From a virus (lineage: Duplodnaviria; Caudoviricetes): a stretch of 64,000 nt of DNA. The stretch is taken from IMG/VR virus record IMGVR_UViG_3300032219_002227, positions 96,001-160,000 of that record. The stretch is one strand, 5' to 3'. The position numbers and the translations under genes are program-made. Within the stretch, counting starts at the first letter, position 1, and each line of letters opens with the position of its first letter. The notes below the pieces were generated by a model. That model was not told where the DNA came from. It worked only from the letters and a program-made list of their open reading frames with translations, and searched no databases. Below, in pieces: positions 19,684-28,695 of this stretch.

Positions 19684-20630
19684 AAAAATTACAACTCCAA
19701 AATTTAATTAAAGAAGCAATCCAAGAAATATTAGGTGAAAATTTAAAACAAGATGCTAGACAAAAGAAGTTAGTAGCTATTGATGCTGAAATTAAAGCAC
19801 TCCAAGGTGATAAAGTAAATATTACTACTGGCAAAGACGATATAGGAGAATCTCGTGGTCCTATTAAATTCAAACTAGCTGATGATTACGAAAATAAAAT
19901 ATCAGAATTACCATACAATAGCTCTGAAAAGAGAATGAGATGGGTCAACGGTATTGTTGATTATGTAGAGGAAAATGGAGCAGACGATATTACCACTATC
20001 GCTAGAAAAAAGTTTAATGTTCCTCAACCACGCATAGCTGACTATGCTAGGGATATGATTAGACTTGGAATTCTAGTTCCTGAAACTGAAGGAGTAACAC
20101 CTCAATTTATGAGACCTAGAGGTGAAGAAGACGAAGAATCACAAGCAGACCTAGGCCCAGAAGGTGGTATAGAAGGAAATATGAGTGATGAAGAAGTTGA
20201 TGCTTCATTTGCAAAAACAATGGCTAGTCAAAATGATGACTTTATTGATCTTCAAGCTACTCAAAGAGCAGCAGGCAGTAGACAATCTGCAGCTAAGACT
20301 TCTTCTATGTCAGATGAAGAACGTAAAGCTTGGATGCGTTATCAAGACTTAGAAACACGCTTAAGAGGAGTTGCCAGTAACTTAAATAGAGGATCTCGTA
20401 GTAAAAATAAACCAAGTGGTGATGATATTCAAGGTGGAGGTTCGCTATATAATATACCAAGTTTGAAAGATCTTCAAACCAGGATAAAAGATGAAATGAC
20501 AGCTATTGCTTCTAAATTTCCATCAGTTGTAAAAGGTGATAAAGATTCTAAAAATGAAGCTTCAAAAGCAGAACCATTAGATGAATGGACAATTAATAGA
20601 ATGCAGTATTATGCTGGTATTAAAAAATAA
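19680..20630 (+). CDS. Doubly tagged putative internal protein with central winged-HTH-like domain
   Basis: LQNLIKEAIQEILGE N-tag; ITTIARKKFNVPQPRIADYARDMIRLGIL; C-terminal LDEWTINRMQYYAGIKK. Confidence 0.65.
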   Translation: MKKLQLQNLIKEAIQEILGENLKQDARQKKLVAIDAEIKALQGDKVNITTGKDDIGESRGPIKFKLADDYENKISELPYNSSEKRMRWVNGIVDYVEENGADDITTIARKKFNVPQPRIADYARDMIRLGILVPETEGVTPQFMRPRGEEDEESQADLGPEGGIEGNMSDEEVDASFAKTMASQNDDFIDLQATQRAAGSRQSAAKTSSMSDEERKAWMRYQDLETRLRGVASNLNRGSRSKNKPSGDDIQGGGSLYNIPSLKDLQTRIKDEMTAIASKFPSVVKGDKDSKNEASKAEPLDEWTINRMQYYAGIKK

Positions 20631-20633
20631 TTT

Positions 20634-21305
20634 ATGAAAAATTTAGCGTTTGTTTTAGTTATAGTAATTTTGTTAGCTTGGGTTTTTGTAGGCAAATGTA
20701 ATTATAATGGTTTAAGTTCTGAATTTAAAGCAAAACAAGATAGTTTAAATCATACTGTGGATTCTTTAAAAGAAGATAATCATCAAAAAGACTTACAAAT
20801 AGGTGCTTTAGAACATCTTGATTATGATTTACAATATCAATTAGATCATCAAAAAACTAAAGTAATTACTATTACTAAATGGATTGATTCATCTAAAGGT
20901 AAAGTTGATACTTATTCTGAAGCAGAACTTATTACTTCATTTAATAATCGCTACCCAGAAGACACTATTACTAATCCACTTCCATTAGCACAACCCTTAT
21001 TAGTTAATGTTGCTAAAGATTTGATTGAATTAGATGGTGCTAAACAAACATTAGTAGTAAAAGATAGTGTTATAGTCTTAAATGAAAAAAGAATAGTAGG
21101 TAAAGATAGTGTTATAGTACTATTAAAAGAAAAAGATACTAATAACCAAGTAGTAATAACAGCACGCGAAAATCAAATCAAAGACTGGCAAGACCAATAC
21201 AAACAAATTGAACTCCAGAATAAAAAACTTAAAATACAAAATAAATTTACTAAAATAGGAACTGGAATTGTGATAGGAGGATTAGTATTTTTATTGATTA
21301 AGTAA
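20634..21305 (+). CDS. Membrane coiled-coil protein with hydrophobic N- and C-termini (spanin-like candidate)
   Basis: N-terminal hydrophobic signal ending in Cys22; coiled coils; C-terminal IGTGIVIGGLVFLLI. Confidence 0.5.
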   Translation: MKNLAFVLVIVILLAWVFVGKCNYNGLSSEFKAKQDSLNHTVDSLKEDNHQKDLQIGALEHLDYDLQYQLDHQKTKVITITKWIDSSKGKVDTYSEAELITSFNNRYPEDTITNPLPLAQPLLVNVAKDLIELDGAKQTLVVKDSVIVLNEKRIVGKDSVIVLLKEKDTNNQVVITARENQIKDWQDQYKQIELQNKKLKIQNKFTKIGTGIVIGGLVFLLIK

Positions 21306-21327
21306 CCTTTTGCATACCCCATACATC

Positions 21328-21356
21328 AGCCTGATCGATAAGATCAGGCTTTTTTT
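21328..21356 (+). terminator. Intrinsic terminator
   Basis: AGCCTGATC-GATAA-GATCAGGCT followed by a T-run. Confidence 0.85.
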
Positions 21357-21358
21357 AT

Positions 21359-21366
21359 ATATTTAT
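21359..21366 (+). promoter_or_regulatory. ATATTTAT putative late-promoter motif (example copy; about 21 gene-upstream copies)
   Basis: Same 8-mer at 465, 3140, 7927, 12999, 18965, 21359, 22955, 24883, 28577, 31496, 32195, 36684, 37491, 39805, 49930, 52591, 58815, 60162, 61958, 62536, 63581. Confidence 0.75.
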
Positions 21367-21370
21367 ATAC

Positions 21371-22951
21371 ATGAGTCAAACGCAAATCAAGGAAATAATT
21401 AAGCAGGAATATTTAAAGTGTGCAGTTGATCCTGTACATTTTTTCCGCAAATATTGTTATATTAACCATCCAATCAAAGGAAGAGTATTATTTCATCTAT
21501 ATCCATTTCAGCAAGAAGTATTAAATGATTTTAGAAATAATCGTTTTTGTATTATTAATAAATCAAGACAGTTAGGTATATCAACGTTAGTAGCTGGTTT
21601 TTCTTTATGGATGATGTTATTTCAAAAAGATAAAACAATACTTTGTATTGCAACAAAGCAAGAAACAGCTAGAGGAATGGTTGAGAAAGTACAATTTATG
21701 TATGAAAATCTTCCTAGCTGGTTAAAAGGTAATCAAAAACCTATATCAAATAACAAATTATCATTTAAGTTAGCTAATAATTCTCAAATAGTAGCTACAT
21801 CAGCAGCATCAGATGCAGGTAGATCTTACGCAGTATCTTTACTATTGATGGATGAGGCTGCATTTATTGAAGGTGTAGATAGAATCTATACGAGTATTAA
21901 ACCAACAATTGCAACCGGTGGAGGAGCAATTGCATTATCTTCTCCAAACGGTGTAGGTAATTGGTTTCATAGAATGTATTCTGAAGCTAAAATAGGTAAA
22001 AATGACTTTAAAGCAATTAAGTTGCCTTGGAGTCTCCACCCAGACCGAGATGAAGCTTGGGAGCAAAGAGAAAGAGCAAACATGTCACCTAGAGAATTCG
22101 CTCAGGAGTATGATTGTGACTTTTTAGGTTCTGGTAATTCGGTAGTTGAACCTGATTTATTATTATTCTATGAAGAAACTTATATTCAAGAGCCTGTGGA
22201 ACGTCGTTTTATGGGCGGTGATTTTTGGATATGGCAGTATCCTGATTATAGTAAGCAGTATCTTGTTTGCGCTGACGTTGCTCGTGGTGATGGCAGCGAT
22301 TATTCTGCATTTCACGTTATTGATGCAACAACGTGTGAGCAAGTGGCTGAGTACAAGTCCCAAGTGGATACTCGTACTTATGGAAATATGCTGGTATCTG
22401 TTGCTGCTGAGTATAATAATGCCTTACTGGTTGTGGAAAACGCAAACGTTGGGTGGGATGTTGTTAATACCATAATAGAAAAAAATTATCCTAAATTATA
22501 TTATTCACCTCGTGCTTATGGTGAAATGAGTATGGATAAATGGTTAGATAAAATGGATAAAGAACAAACAGTTCCTGGTTTTACTACATCAACTAAAACA
22601 AGACCTCTTGTTATCTCTAAAATGGAGTCGTATATTCGAGAGAAGGCTTTTATATTTCGTTCTAAACGTTTATTAGAGGAATTACGAGTATTTATCTGGC
22701 AAAACGGAAAAGCACAAGCACAGAATGGATATAACGATGATTTAGTAATGTCATTAGGAATTGGTTTATTTACTAGAGATACAGCAATGAAATTCTACGA
22801 ACAAGGAATGGATTTATCTAGAAATATGCTAGCTAGTGTTACTAAAACAGGCTATGTAGCCGGTCCAACTGCACCTTCAGGAATTTTAAATCCATATATG
22901 ATCAATGATGGACATGGGGGGTTTGAAGACATATCGTGGGTGCTAAGTTAA
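21371..22951 (+). CDS. terL: Terminase large subunit (T4 gp17-like)
   Basis: KSRQLGIST Walker A, LLMDEAAF Walker B, SSPNG, QEYDC.F, nuclease ADVARG and DDLVM. Confidence 0.95.
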   Translation: MSQTQIKEIIKQEYLKCAVDPVHFFRKYCYINHPIKGRVLFHLYPFQQEVLNDFRNNRFCIINKSRQLGISTLVAGFSLWMMLFQKDKTILCIATKQETARGMVEKVQFMYENLPSWLKGNQKPISNNKLSFKLANNSQIVATSAASDAGRSYAVSLLLMDEAAFIEGVDRIYTSIKPTIATGGGAIALSSPNGVGNWFHRMYSEAKIGKNDFKAIKLPWSLHPDRDEAWEQRERANMSPREFAQEYDCDFLGSGNSVVEPDLLLFYEETYIQEPVERRFMGGDFWIWQYPDYSKQYLVCADVARGDGSDYSAFHVIDATTCEQVAEYKSQVDTRTYGNMLVSVAAEYNNALLVVENANVGWDVVNTIIEKNYPKLYYSPRAYGEMSMDKWLDKMDKEQTVPGFTTSTKTRPLVISKMESYIREKAFIFRSKRLLEELRVFIWQNGKAQAQNGYNDDLVMSLGIGLFTRDTAMKFYEQGMDLSRNMLASVTKTGYVAGPTAPSGILNPYMINDGHGGFEDISWVLS

Positions 22952-22982
22952 CAAATATTTATACATATAAACAACAATTATA

Positions 22983-24875
22983 ATGGCAGAAAATCAACCA
23001 AATTTTGGTTTATTTGATAGGCTAAGAAGATTATTCAGTACAGACGTTATCATTAGAAATGTTGGTGGAAATCAACTTAGAACAGTTGATATCGATAAAA
23101 TTCAAGCCTACGGCAACGTAAAGACCAACGCTCTTATAGATAGATTTACAAAACTTCATCGCTATGGCGCTAACATGCCATATAACCCAACGATGAACTA
23201 CCAAACACTTCGTATCCAGTTATACACTGATTATGAAGCAATGGATACAGAATCAATCATAGCATCTACTCTTGATATTATTTCCGATGAATCTACTTTA
23301 AAGAACGAAGCTGGAGAAGTATTACAAATTAAATCTTCAGATGAAAATGTTCAGCGTATTCTCTATAATTTATTCTATGATGTATTAAACATCGAGTTTA
23401 ACTTATGGTTATGGATTCGCAATATGTGTAAATATGGTGATTTTTACTTACATCTTGATATTGCTGATAAATTTGGAGTATATAATGTAGTACCATTATC
23501 TGTTTATGATATGGTTCGTGAAGAAGGAGTTGATCCTAAAAATCCATCTTTAGTACGTTTTAGAATTGATCCAATGGTAATTTCAAACGGCGGGATGAAT
23601 TATGCTGATTATGAAAAAGATAAAGAAGGTAAAATTACATTCGATAACTACGAAATAGCTCACTTCAGGTTATTAACTGATGCTAACTATCTCCCATATG
23701 GTAGATCATATATTGAACCAGCACGTAAAACTTATAAACAATACGTACTAATGAAAGACGCGATGTTGTTACATCGCATCACTCGTGCTCCAGAAAAGCG
23801 CGTATTTACTGTAAACGTAGGTAATATTCCACCAAATGAAGTTGACGGATTCATGCAGAAAATAATGCAGAAGATGAAGAAAACTCCATATATTGATCAA
23901 CAAACTGGTGAGTATAATTTGCGTTATAATATGATGAACATGATGGAGGATTATTATCTTCCAACTCGTGGCAATGATACCGCAACTAAGATTGATACAA
24001 TTAAAGGTCTTGAATATAATGCAATTGAAGACGTAGCATTTTTACGTGATGAAATGTTAGCTGCGCTTAAAGTACCTAAAGCATTTTTTGGATTTGAAAA
24101 AGATTTGCAAGGTAAAGCTACATTAGCTGCTGAAGATATTCGCTTTGCTCGTACAGTAGAACGCATTCAGCGTATTGCTATTTCTGAATTATATAAAATA
24201 GCACTTGTGCATTTATATGTTCAAGGATATGATGGTGAAGCATTAGCTAATTTTGAACTTTCATTAACTACTCCATCTGTTATATACGAACAAGAGAAAG
24301 TAGCGTTATGGAAAGAAAAAATTGACTTAGCTAAATCAGTACAAGATACTAACCTAATGCCTTCAGATTGGATTTATCATAATGTATTCCAATTTAGTGA
24401 AGACCAATATGATGAAATGCGTGACTTAGTAATTGAAGATAAAAAACGCGTATTCCGTTTAGCTCAAATTGAAAACGAAGGTAACGACCCAGCTAAAACT
24501 GGTAGATCATTTGGTACACCACACGATTTAGCAGCATTGTATGGTAAAGGGAGAGCAGGAATGGATACAAATAGTCCTGTCCCTGCAGGATATGATGAAA
24601 AGAAACCAGGTCGTCCTAAAGAAAAAGCATCTATTATTGGAACTCAACGCGATCCATTAGGTAAAGATAGAACAGGTAAAATAGCAAATAATACTACATC
24701 AACACCAAACGAAACTGGAGAAGGTACACCTAAAGGGGGTTCACCTCTTGCATTAACTGAGTTGAAAAAACATAAAGGACTATTTAAAGGATTTAATGTA
24801 GTTCGTAAAGAATTATCTATAGAACCTATTCAGGAATCGTCATTATTAGACGAAAAAAATATCAAGAACATATAA
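22983..24875 (+). CDS. Portal protein (T4 gp20-like)
   Basis: YGRSYIEPARK, RITRAPEKRVF.VNVGNIPP, EDYYLP.RG, ALKVPK, EDIRFAR; follows terminase. Confidence 0.95.
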   Translation: MAENQPNFGLFDRLRRLFSTDVIIRNVGGNQLRTVDIDKIQAYGNVKTNALIDRFTKLHRYGANMPYNPTMNYQTLRIQLYTDYEAMDTESIIASTLDIISDESTLKNEAGEVLQIKSSDENVQRILYNLFYDVLNIEFNLWLWIRNMCKYGDFYLHLDIADKFGVYNVVPLSVYDMVREEGVDPKNPSLVRFRIDPMVISNGGMNYADYEKDKEGKITFDNYEIAHFRLLTDANYLPYGRSYIEPARKTYKQYVLMKDAMLLHRITRAPEKRVFTVNVGNIPPNEVDGFMQKIMQKMKKTPYIDQQTGEYNLRYNMMNMMEDYYLPTRGNDTATKIDTIKGLEYNAIEDVAFLRDEMLAALKVPKAFFGFEKDLQGKATLAAEDIRFARTVERIQRIAISELYKIALVHLYVQGYDGEALANFELSLTTPSVIYEQEKVALWKEKIDLAKSVQDTNLMPSDWIYHNVFQFSEDQYDEMRDLVIEDKKRVFRLAQIENEGNDPAKTGRSFGTPHDLAALYGKGRAGMDTNSPVPAGYDEKKPGRPKEKASIIGTQRDPLGKDRTGKIANNTTSTPNETGEGTPKGGSPLALTELKKHKGLFKGFNVVRKELSIEPIQESSLLDEKNIKNI

Positions 24876-24911
24876 TAAATACATATTTATAGTTAGTGTA
24901 CACTATTTCAT

Positions 24912-25766
24912 ATGAAAATCAAACACAGTAAGTTTAAAAATACAGGTATCTTATTTGAGCTATTGGTTCGCCAAATTGCTTCTGATACTGTATCTAATAA
25001 AGATTCTGCTGCTATTGGATTAGTTAAAAAATATTTTGGCAAATCCGAGTTAGCTAAAGAATATAAATTATACCAAACATTAGTATCTCCTAAATCATTA
25101 AGTGAAGCTAAAGCTGAATCGTTTATTAATGTAACGCTTGAAGCTTCTTTACGTTTAAATAAAACAGCTTTACGTAAAGAAAAATACAACTTAATTAAGG
25201 AAATACGTGAGCATTATAATATTGAAGACTTCTTCAAAGCCAAAATCAATAACTATTCACAGCATGCTGCTGTATATAATTTAATTGAAGCTCATAATTC
25301 ACTCGAATTCATAGCACCTCAGCAAATTATTGAAAATAAGATTACATTATTAGAGCATATTACACGTAAAGAAGTTGATAAGGAAGGTGTTAAGGATCGC
25401 GTAATGGAAGAATATCTTAAAATGGATAAAGGCTCTCGCATATTAGCTTATCGTGTTTTATTAGAAAAGTTTAACAACAAGTACTCTACTTTATCTGATC
25501 GCCAAAAATTAATATTAAAAGAATTTATTAATAATATCACTAATACAACTAAATTACGTGAATTTGTTAATACTAATTTTAAAACTATTACTGAAGAAAT
25601 TACCCAGTTAATCCCTTCAGTAGCTGACAAGACTACTCAGATTAAATTAGCTGAAGTAACTAATTTACTTCAACCATTAGATAAAAATCAAACTGTAAAA
25701 GATGAAAATATTATTTCATTATTGCAGTATTATCAATTGATTGAAGAATTAAAAGCAGTTAAATAA
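24912..25766 (+). CDS. Probable prohead core protein
   Basis: MKIKHSKFKNTGILFELL; helical; lies between portal and protease. Confidence 0.6.
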   Translation: MKIKHSKFKNTGILFELLVRQIASDTVSNKDSAAIGLVKKYFGKSELAKEYKLYQTLVSPKSLSEAKAESFINVTLEASLRLNKTALRKEKYNLIKEIREHYNIEDFFKAKINNYSQHAAVYNLIEAHNSLEFIAPQQIIENKITLLEHITRKEVDKEGVKDRVMEEYLKMDKGSRILAYRVLLEKFNNKYSTLSDRQKLILKEFINNITNTTKLREFVNTNFKTITEEITQLIPSVADKTTQIKLAEVTNLLQPLDKNQTVKDENIISLLQYYQLIEELKAVK

Positions 25767-26275
25767 TGGATATTAAAGAATATATCAAACAGCTTGTTCG
25801 TGAATTGCTAGACGAAGAAACTACATCTGGCGATGCTGGTCCTTATTCTACTCCATTAGCCTTTGCTAAAAAAGGACAAGGTCCAAATGCAGCAACTAAA
25901 CAAGCACAAAGATCAGGTTGGAAGTTAGCTAAAAAACCAACTACATCTGATATAGTTGATTATAAAAAAATATTTCAAGAAGTGAAACTAAATACATTAA
26001 TTAAGCAAGAATTACTTAACGAAGTAACTTATTCTAAGTTTAAGAACGACGTAAAACATAGAACTAAATCTGAACAATTACATAAAGCTATTCGTGAAGT
26101 AAAACGTAAGCTTCAAGAAATTGATCGTATCGTAGAATATACTTCTCGTATGAAACAGGAATTAAGTTTAGATGAAGGTGGTGTTTCTTATTGGAAAACT
26201 ACTGAATCTAATATTGGAAAAATTTCTGAAATGATGAATCATTTAAATAACAAAATTAAAAACTTGCATCAATAA
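25766..26275 (+). CDS. Probable prohead core/internal protein
   Basis: IKEYIKQLVRELLDEE tag; TSGDAGPYSTPLAF motif; LLNE site. Confidence 0.6.
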   Translation: MDIKEYIKQLVRELLDEETTSGDAGPYSTPLAFAKKGQGPNAATKQAQRSGWKLAKKPTTSDIVDYKKIFQEVKLNTLIKQELLNEVTYSKFKNDVKHRTKSEQLHKAIREVKRKLQEIDRIVEYTSRMKQELSLDEGGVSYWKTTESNIGKISEMMNHLNNKIKNLHQ

Positions 26276-26403
26276 TGGCTAAGGGATCTAAAGGCGGAGA
26301 TGCTCGCAAAGTTACTTTTGGTAAAAGAAAAAAAAGTAAAGCACAAAAATCATTTAACAAACATGATCGTTCAGAAAAGAACTATCGTGGACAAGGAAGA
26401 TAA
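26275..26403 (+). CDS. 42-aa basic protein ending YRGQGR (missing from the ORF track)
   Basis: ATG overlaps the upstream TAA; MAKGSKGGDARKVTFGKRKKSKAQKSFNKHDRSEKNYRGQGR*; YRGQG tails occur in small T4-like head-region proteins. Confidence 0.75.
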   Translation: MAKGSKGGDARKVTFGKRKKSKAQKSFNKHDRSEKNYRGQGR

Positions 26404-26405
26404 CT

Positions 26406-27938
26406 ATGAAAAGTATAGCAAACCAATATCGTGATTTGAAAGAAGGCAAAATGTCACAATTTAATTTTATGCGTAATTTACGTATGACTATGCCTCAATA
26501 TATTACTAATGTAACTTCATTTAAAGATGCTGTTAAAATTCTTAAAAATAAGTCTATTTTAAATGAAGCTGACGTTGCAGAAATGCGTTATCAATCCTCA
26601 GGCGGAGTAGATAATCCAGGAAGAGAAGATCAATCTAATTATGACATGGATAGTTTTATTAGAGAGCTGGATAGAGAACTAGAATACTATGAAAGAGAAT
26701 ATCCGGGTCTTGTAGCTTTTGTTGATAAATTAGGTAATAATGATGAAACAAATCCTAAATATCTCGATATTACAGATAGATACTTTGACGACCCAGCAGG
26801 CGCTGCTGCTGAATTTATTACCTTATTTAATAAACAAAACATTAATGAATTAGGCCCTGACGCAGAGAGAATGGCTGGTAACCCTGAAGAAGAGGCAGAA
26901 TATAGAGCAACTGCTATTAGAAAAAAAAGTAATGATGATGAAGATGATGAATTAGATGCTATTATTAAACAAATGGAAGATGAATTAGATAGTCCTGACA
27001 AATATAAAAATCAAGACTCTGAAGATGCATTAGGTGAGGATTTAAAAACTGTTAAAGAACCAAATCCAAATGCTGGTAAATGGAGATTGATGAGTATTGA
27101 TGGAAAAAGGGCATTAGCTAATAATTTTTTTGATTCTGAAAAAGATGCAAAAGAATACGCTAGAAAAAATATAAGAACAGATTATAAAACCGTAAAATTA
27201 AAGGATGAAAGATCTGTATACAGAAATATAGATGAAAGTAGAAAGAAAAAAGAACCAAAAAAAGAATTACATCCAAATCAAATTCATCCACAAGAATTAA
27301 GGATGGGTATTAAGGTTGAATTAGAACATACCGCTGATTTAGATAAAGCAAGAAAAATTGCTTTAGATCATTTAGCTGAAAATCCATTCTACTATACAGC
27401 TTTAAAATTAGCAGGTATTGAATCACCCTCAGCTCCTAAAGTTAAAGCACCTGTAGAGAAAAAGGCTAAAAAGAAAAAAGAAACAGCTGAATTAGTCGAT
27501 AAGGATAACCAAATGCAGAAGGTAAAAATGCCTAAAATTGTTAAAGAAGTTAGGTATAATACTTTAAAAGAACCAAGTCCTTTTATGAAAGAAGTTGAAG
27601 ACTTTATTGATAATACTCTTGGTTTAAATGTTATGTCTAAAAAACTAGAATTACAAGATACTCAAGATCCAAATAGAGTACTTTTAAGATATCAATACTG
27701 GGAAAAACTTCCTAAAGAAGCTCTTGATATTTTTAAAAACTCAGATAAGTTTAAAGTTGAAGAAGATATAGATGTAGAAGAAGAAAAAGCAGATTCATAT
27801 CTTTACTTTATAGAACCTAAATCTTCTTTATCTGAAAATCATTCTCGTCTTATGGCTAAATTAGAAGCATTAGTACGTGAAGCTATTAATGAATATTATG
27901 ATGGGCGTGATAATTTAGATGCCGAAAACGAATACTAA
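26406..27938 (+). CDS. Multi-module head-internal protein with a DUF5661-like domain
   Basis: ELRMGIKVELEH...KIALDHLAENPFYYT; modules separated by LNE/INE/IDE/VKE/LSE; C-terminal LEALVREAINE. Confidence 0.65.
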   Translation: MKSIANQYRDLKEGKMSQFNFMRNLRMTMPQYITNVTSFKDAVKILKNKSILNEADVAEMRYQSSGGVDNPGREDQSNYDMDSFIRELDRELEYYEREYPGLVAFVDKLGNNDETNPKYLDITDRYFDDPAGAAAEFITLFNKQNINELGPDAERMAGNPEEEAEYRATAIRKKSNDDEDDELDAIIKQMEDELDSPDKYKNQDSEDALGEDLKTVKEPNPNAGKWRLMSIDGKRALANNFFDSEKDAKEYARKNIRTDYKTVKLKDERSVYRNIDESRKKKEPKKELHPNQIHPQELRMGIKVELEHTADLDKARKIALDHLAENPFYYTALKLAGIESPSAPKVKAPVEKKAKKKKETAELVDKDNQMQKVKMPKIVKEVRYNTLKEPSPFMKEVEDFIDNTLGLNVMSKKLELQDTQDPNRVLLRYQYWEKLPKEALDIFKNSDKFKVEEDIDVEEEKADSYLYFIEPKSSLSENHSRLMAKLEALVREAINEYYDGRDNLDAENEY

Positions 27939-27939
27939 T

Positions 27940-28548
27940 ATGAAATTATTACTGATTGACCATACCCCATTTCAGCAAGCAAACCTTACCTTATTAGAAG
28001 GTAAAGGTAATAAAGATGGTTTAGTTACTCTTGTAGGTAAACTGCAAGCAGCTAACCAAGAAAATGGTAATAATCGTAAATATCCTTATAAAACTCTTAA
28101 GCGTGAAGTAGATAAATATATAGATGGTCCTATCAAAACACGTACTGCTTTAGGAGAATTAGATCATCCTGAAGCATCTGTTGTAAATTTAGCAAATACT
28201 TCTCACATTGTTACTAGTGTTTGGTGGGATGGAAATAATGTTATGGGTAAAATTCAATTATTACCTACACCTGCTGGCAACATTGCTAAAGCATTAGTAA
28301 TGGCTGGTATTCCACTTGGAATATCTTCACGCGGTATGGGTAGTGTTAAACAAATTGGAGAGGCAGTTGAAGTACAAGAAGATTTTGAATTATTATGTTG
28401 GGATCTAGTATCGGTACCATCAACACCAATGGCATACATGCAATTAGCTGAATCAAAGAAATTTAGACCCACAAAAGATTATAGTAAAGTAAATAGTTTA
28501 GTAACTGAAATTATTTGTAACCAAACAGGAGTTTGTCCTATTTGTTAA
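27940..28548 (+). CDS. Prohead core protease (T4 gp21-like)
   Basis: NGNNRKYP, GELDHP, GISSRGMGS, DLVSVPST; ATG 27940 preferred over 27919 because it avoids the overlap. Confidence 0.93.
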   Translation: MKLLLIDHTPFQQANLTLLEGKGNKDGLVTLVGKLQAANQENGNNRKYPYKTLKREVDKYIDGPIKTRTALGELDHPEASVVNLANTSHIVTSVWWDGNNVMGKIQLLPTPAGNIAKALVMAGIPLGISSRGMGSVKQIGEAVEVQEDFELLCWDLVSVPSTPMAYMQLAESKKFRPTKDYSKVNSLVTEIICNQTGVCPIC

Positions 28549-28590
28549 AATAATTCACGTCTTTACATATCTACATATATTTATAAGCAT

Positions 28591-28668
28591 CCTAAATAGG
28601 TTGCTAATTCTTATGCAACCTGGGTATATTACAAACCCCCTATTAAGATTGTCTAATAATCTTATTTC
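28591..28668 (+). promoter_or_regulatory. Structured 5' leader of the scaffold/capsid operon
   Basis: AGGTTGC/GCAACCT, GGGT/ACCC and TAAGATT/AATCTTA stems downstream of ATATTTAT at 28577. Confidence 0.5.
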
Positions 28669-28695
28669 CTCAATTAAATTTAAGGAGAACAATTT

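Noticed and set aside
27390-27425. YYTALKLAGIE in ORF 26406 as another tag C copy
   Set aside because: Lacks the R[MW] residues and is the natural end of the DUF5661-like domain; not counted.
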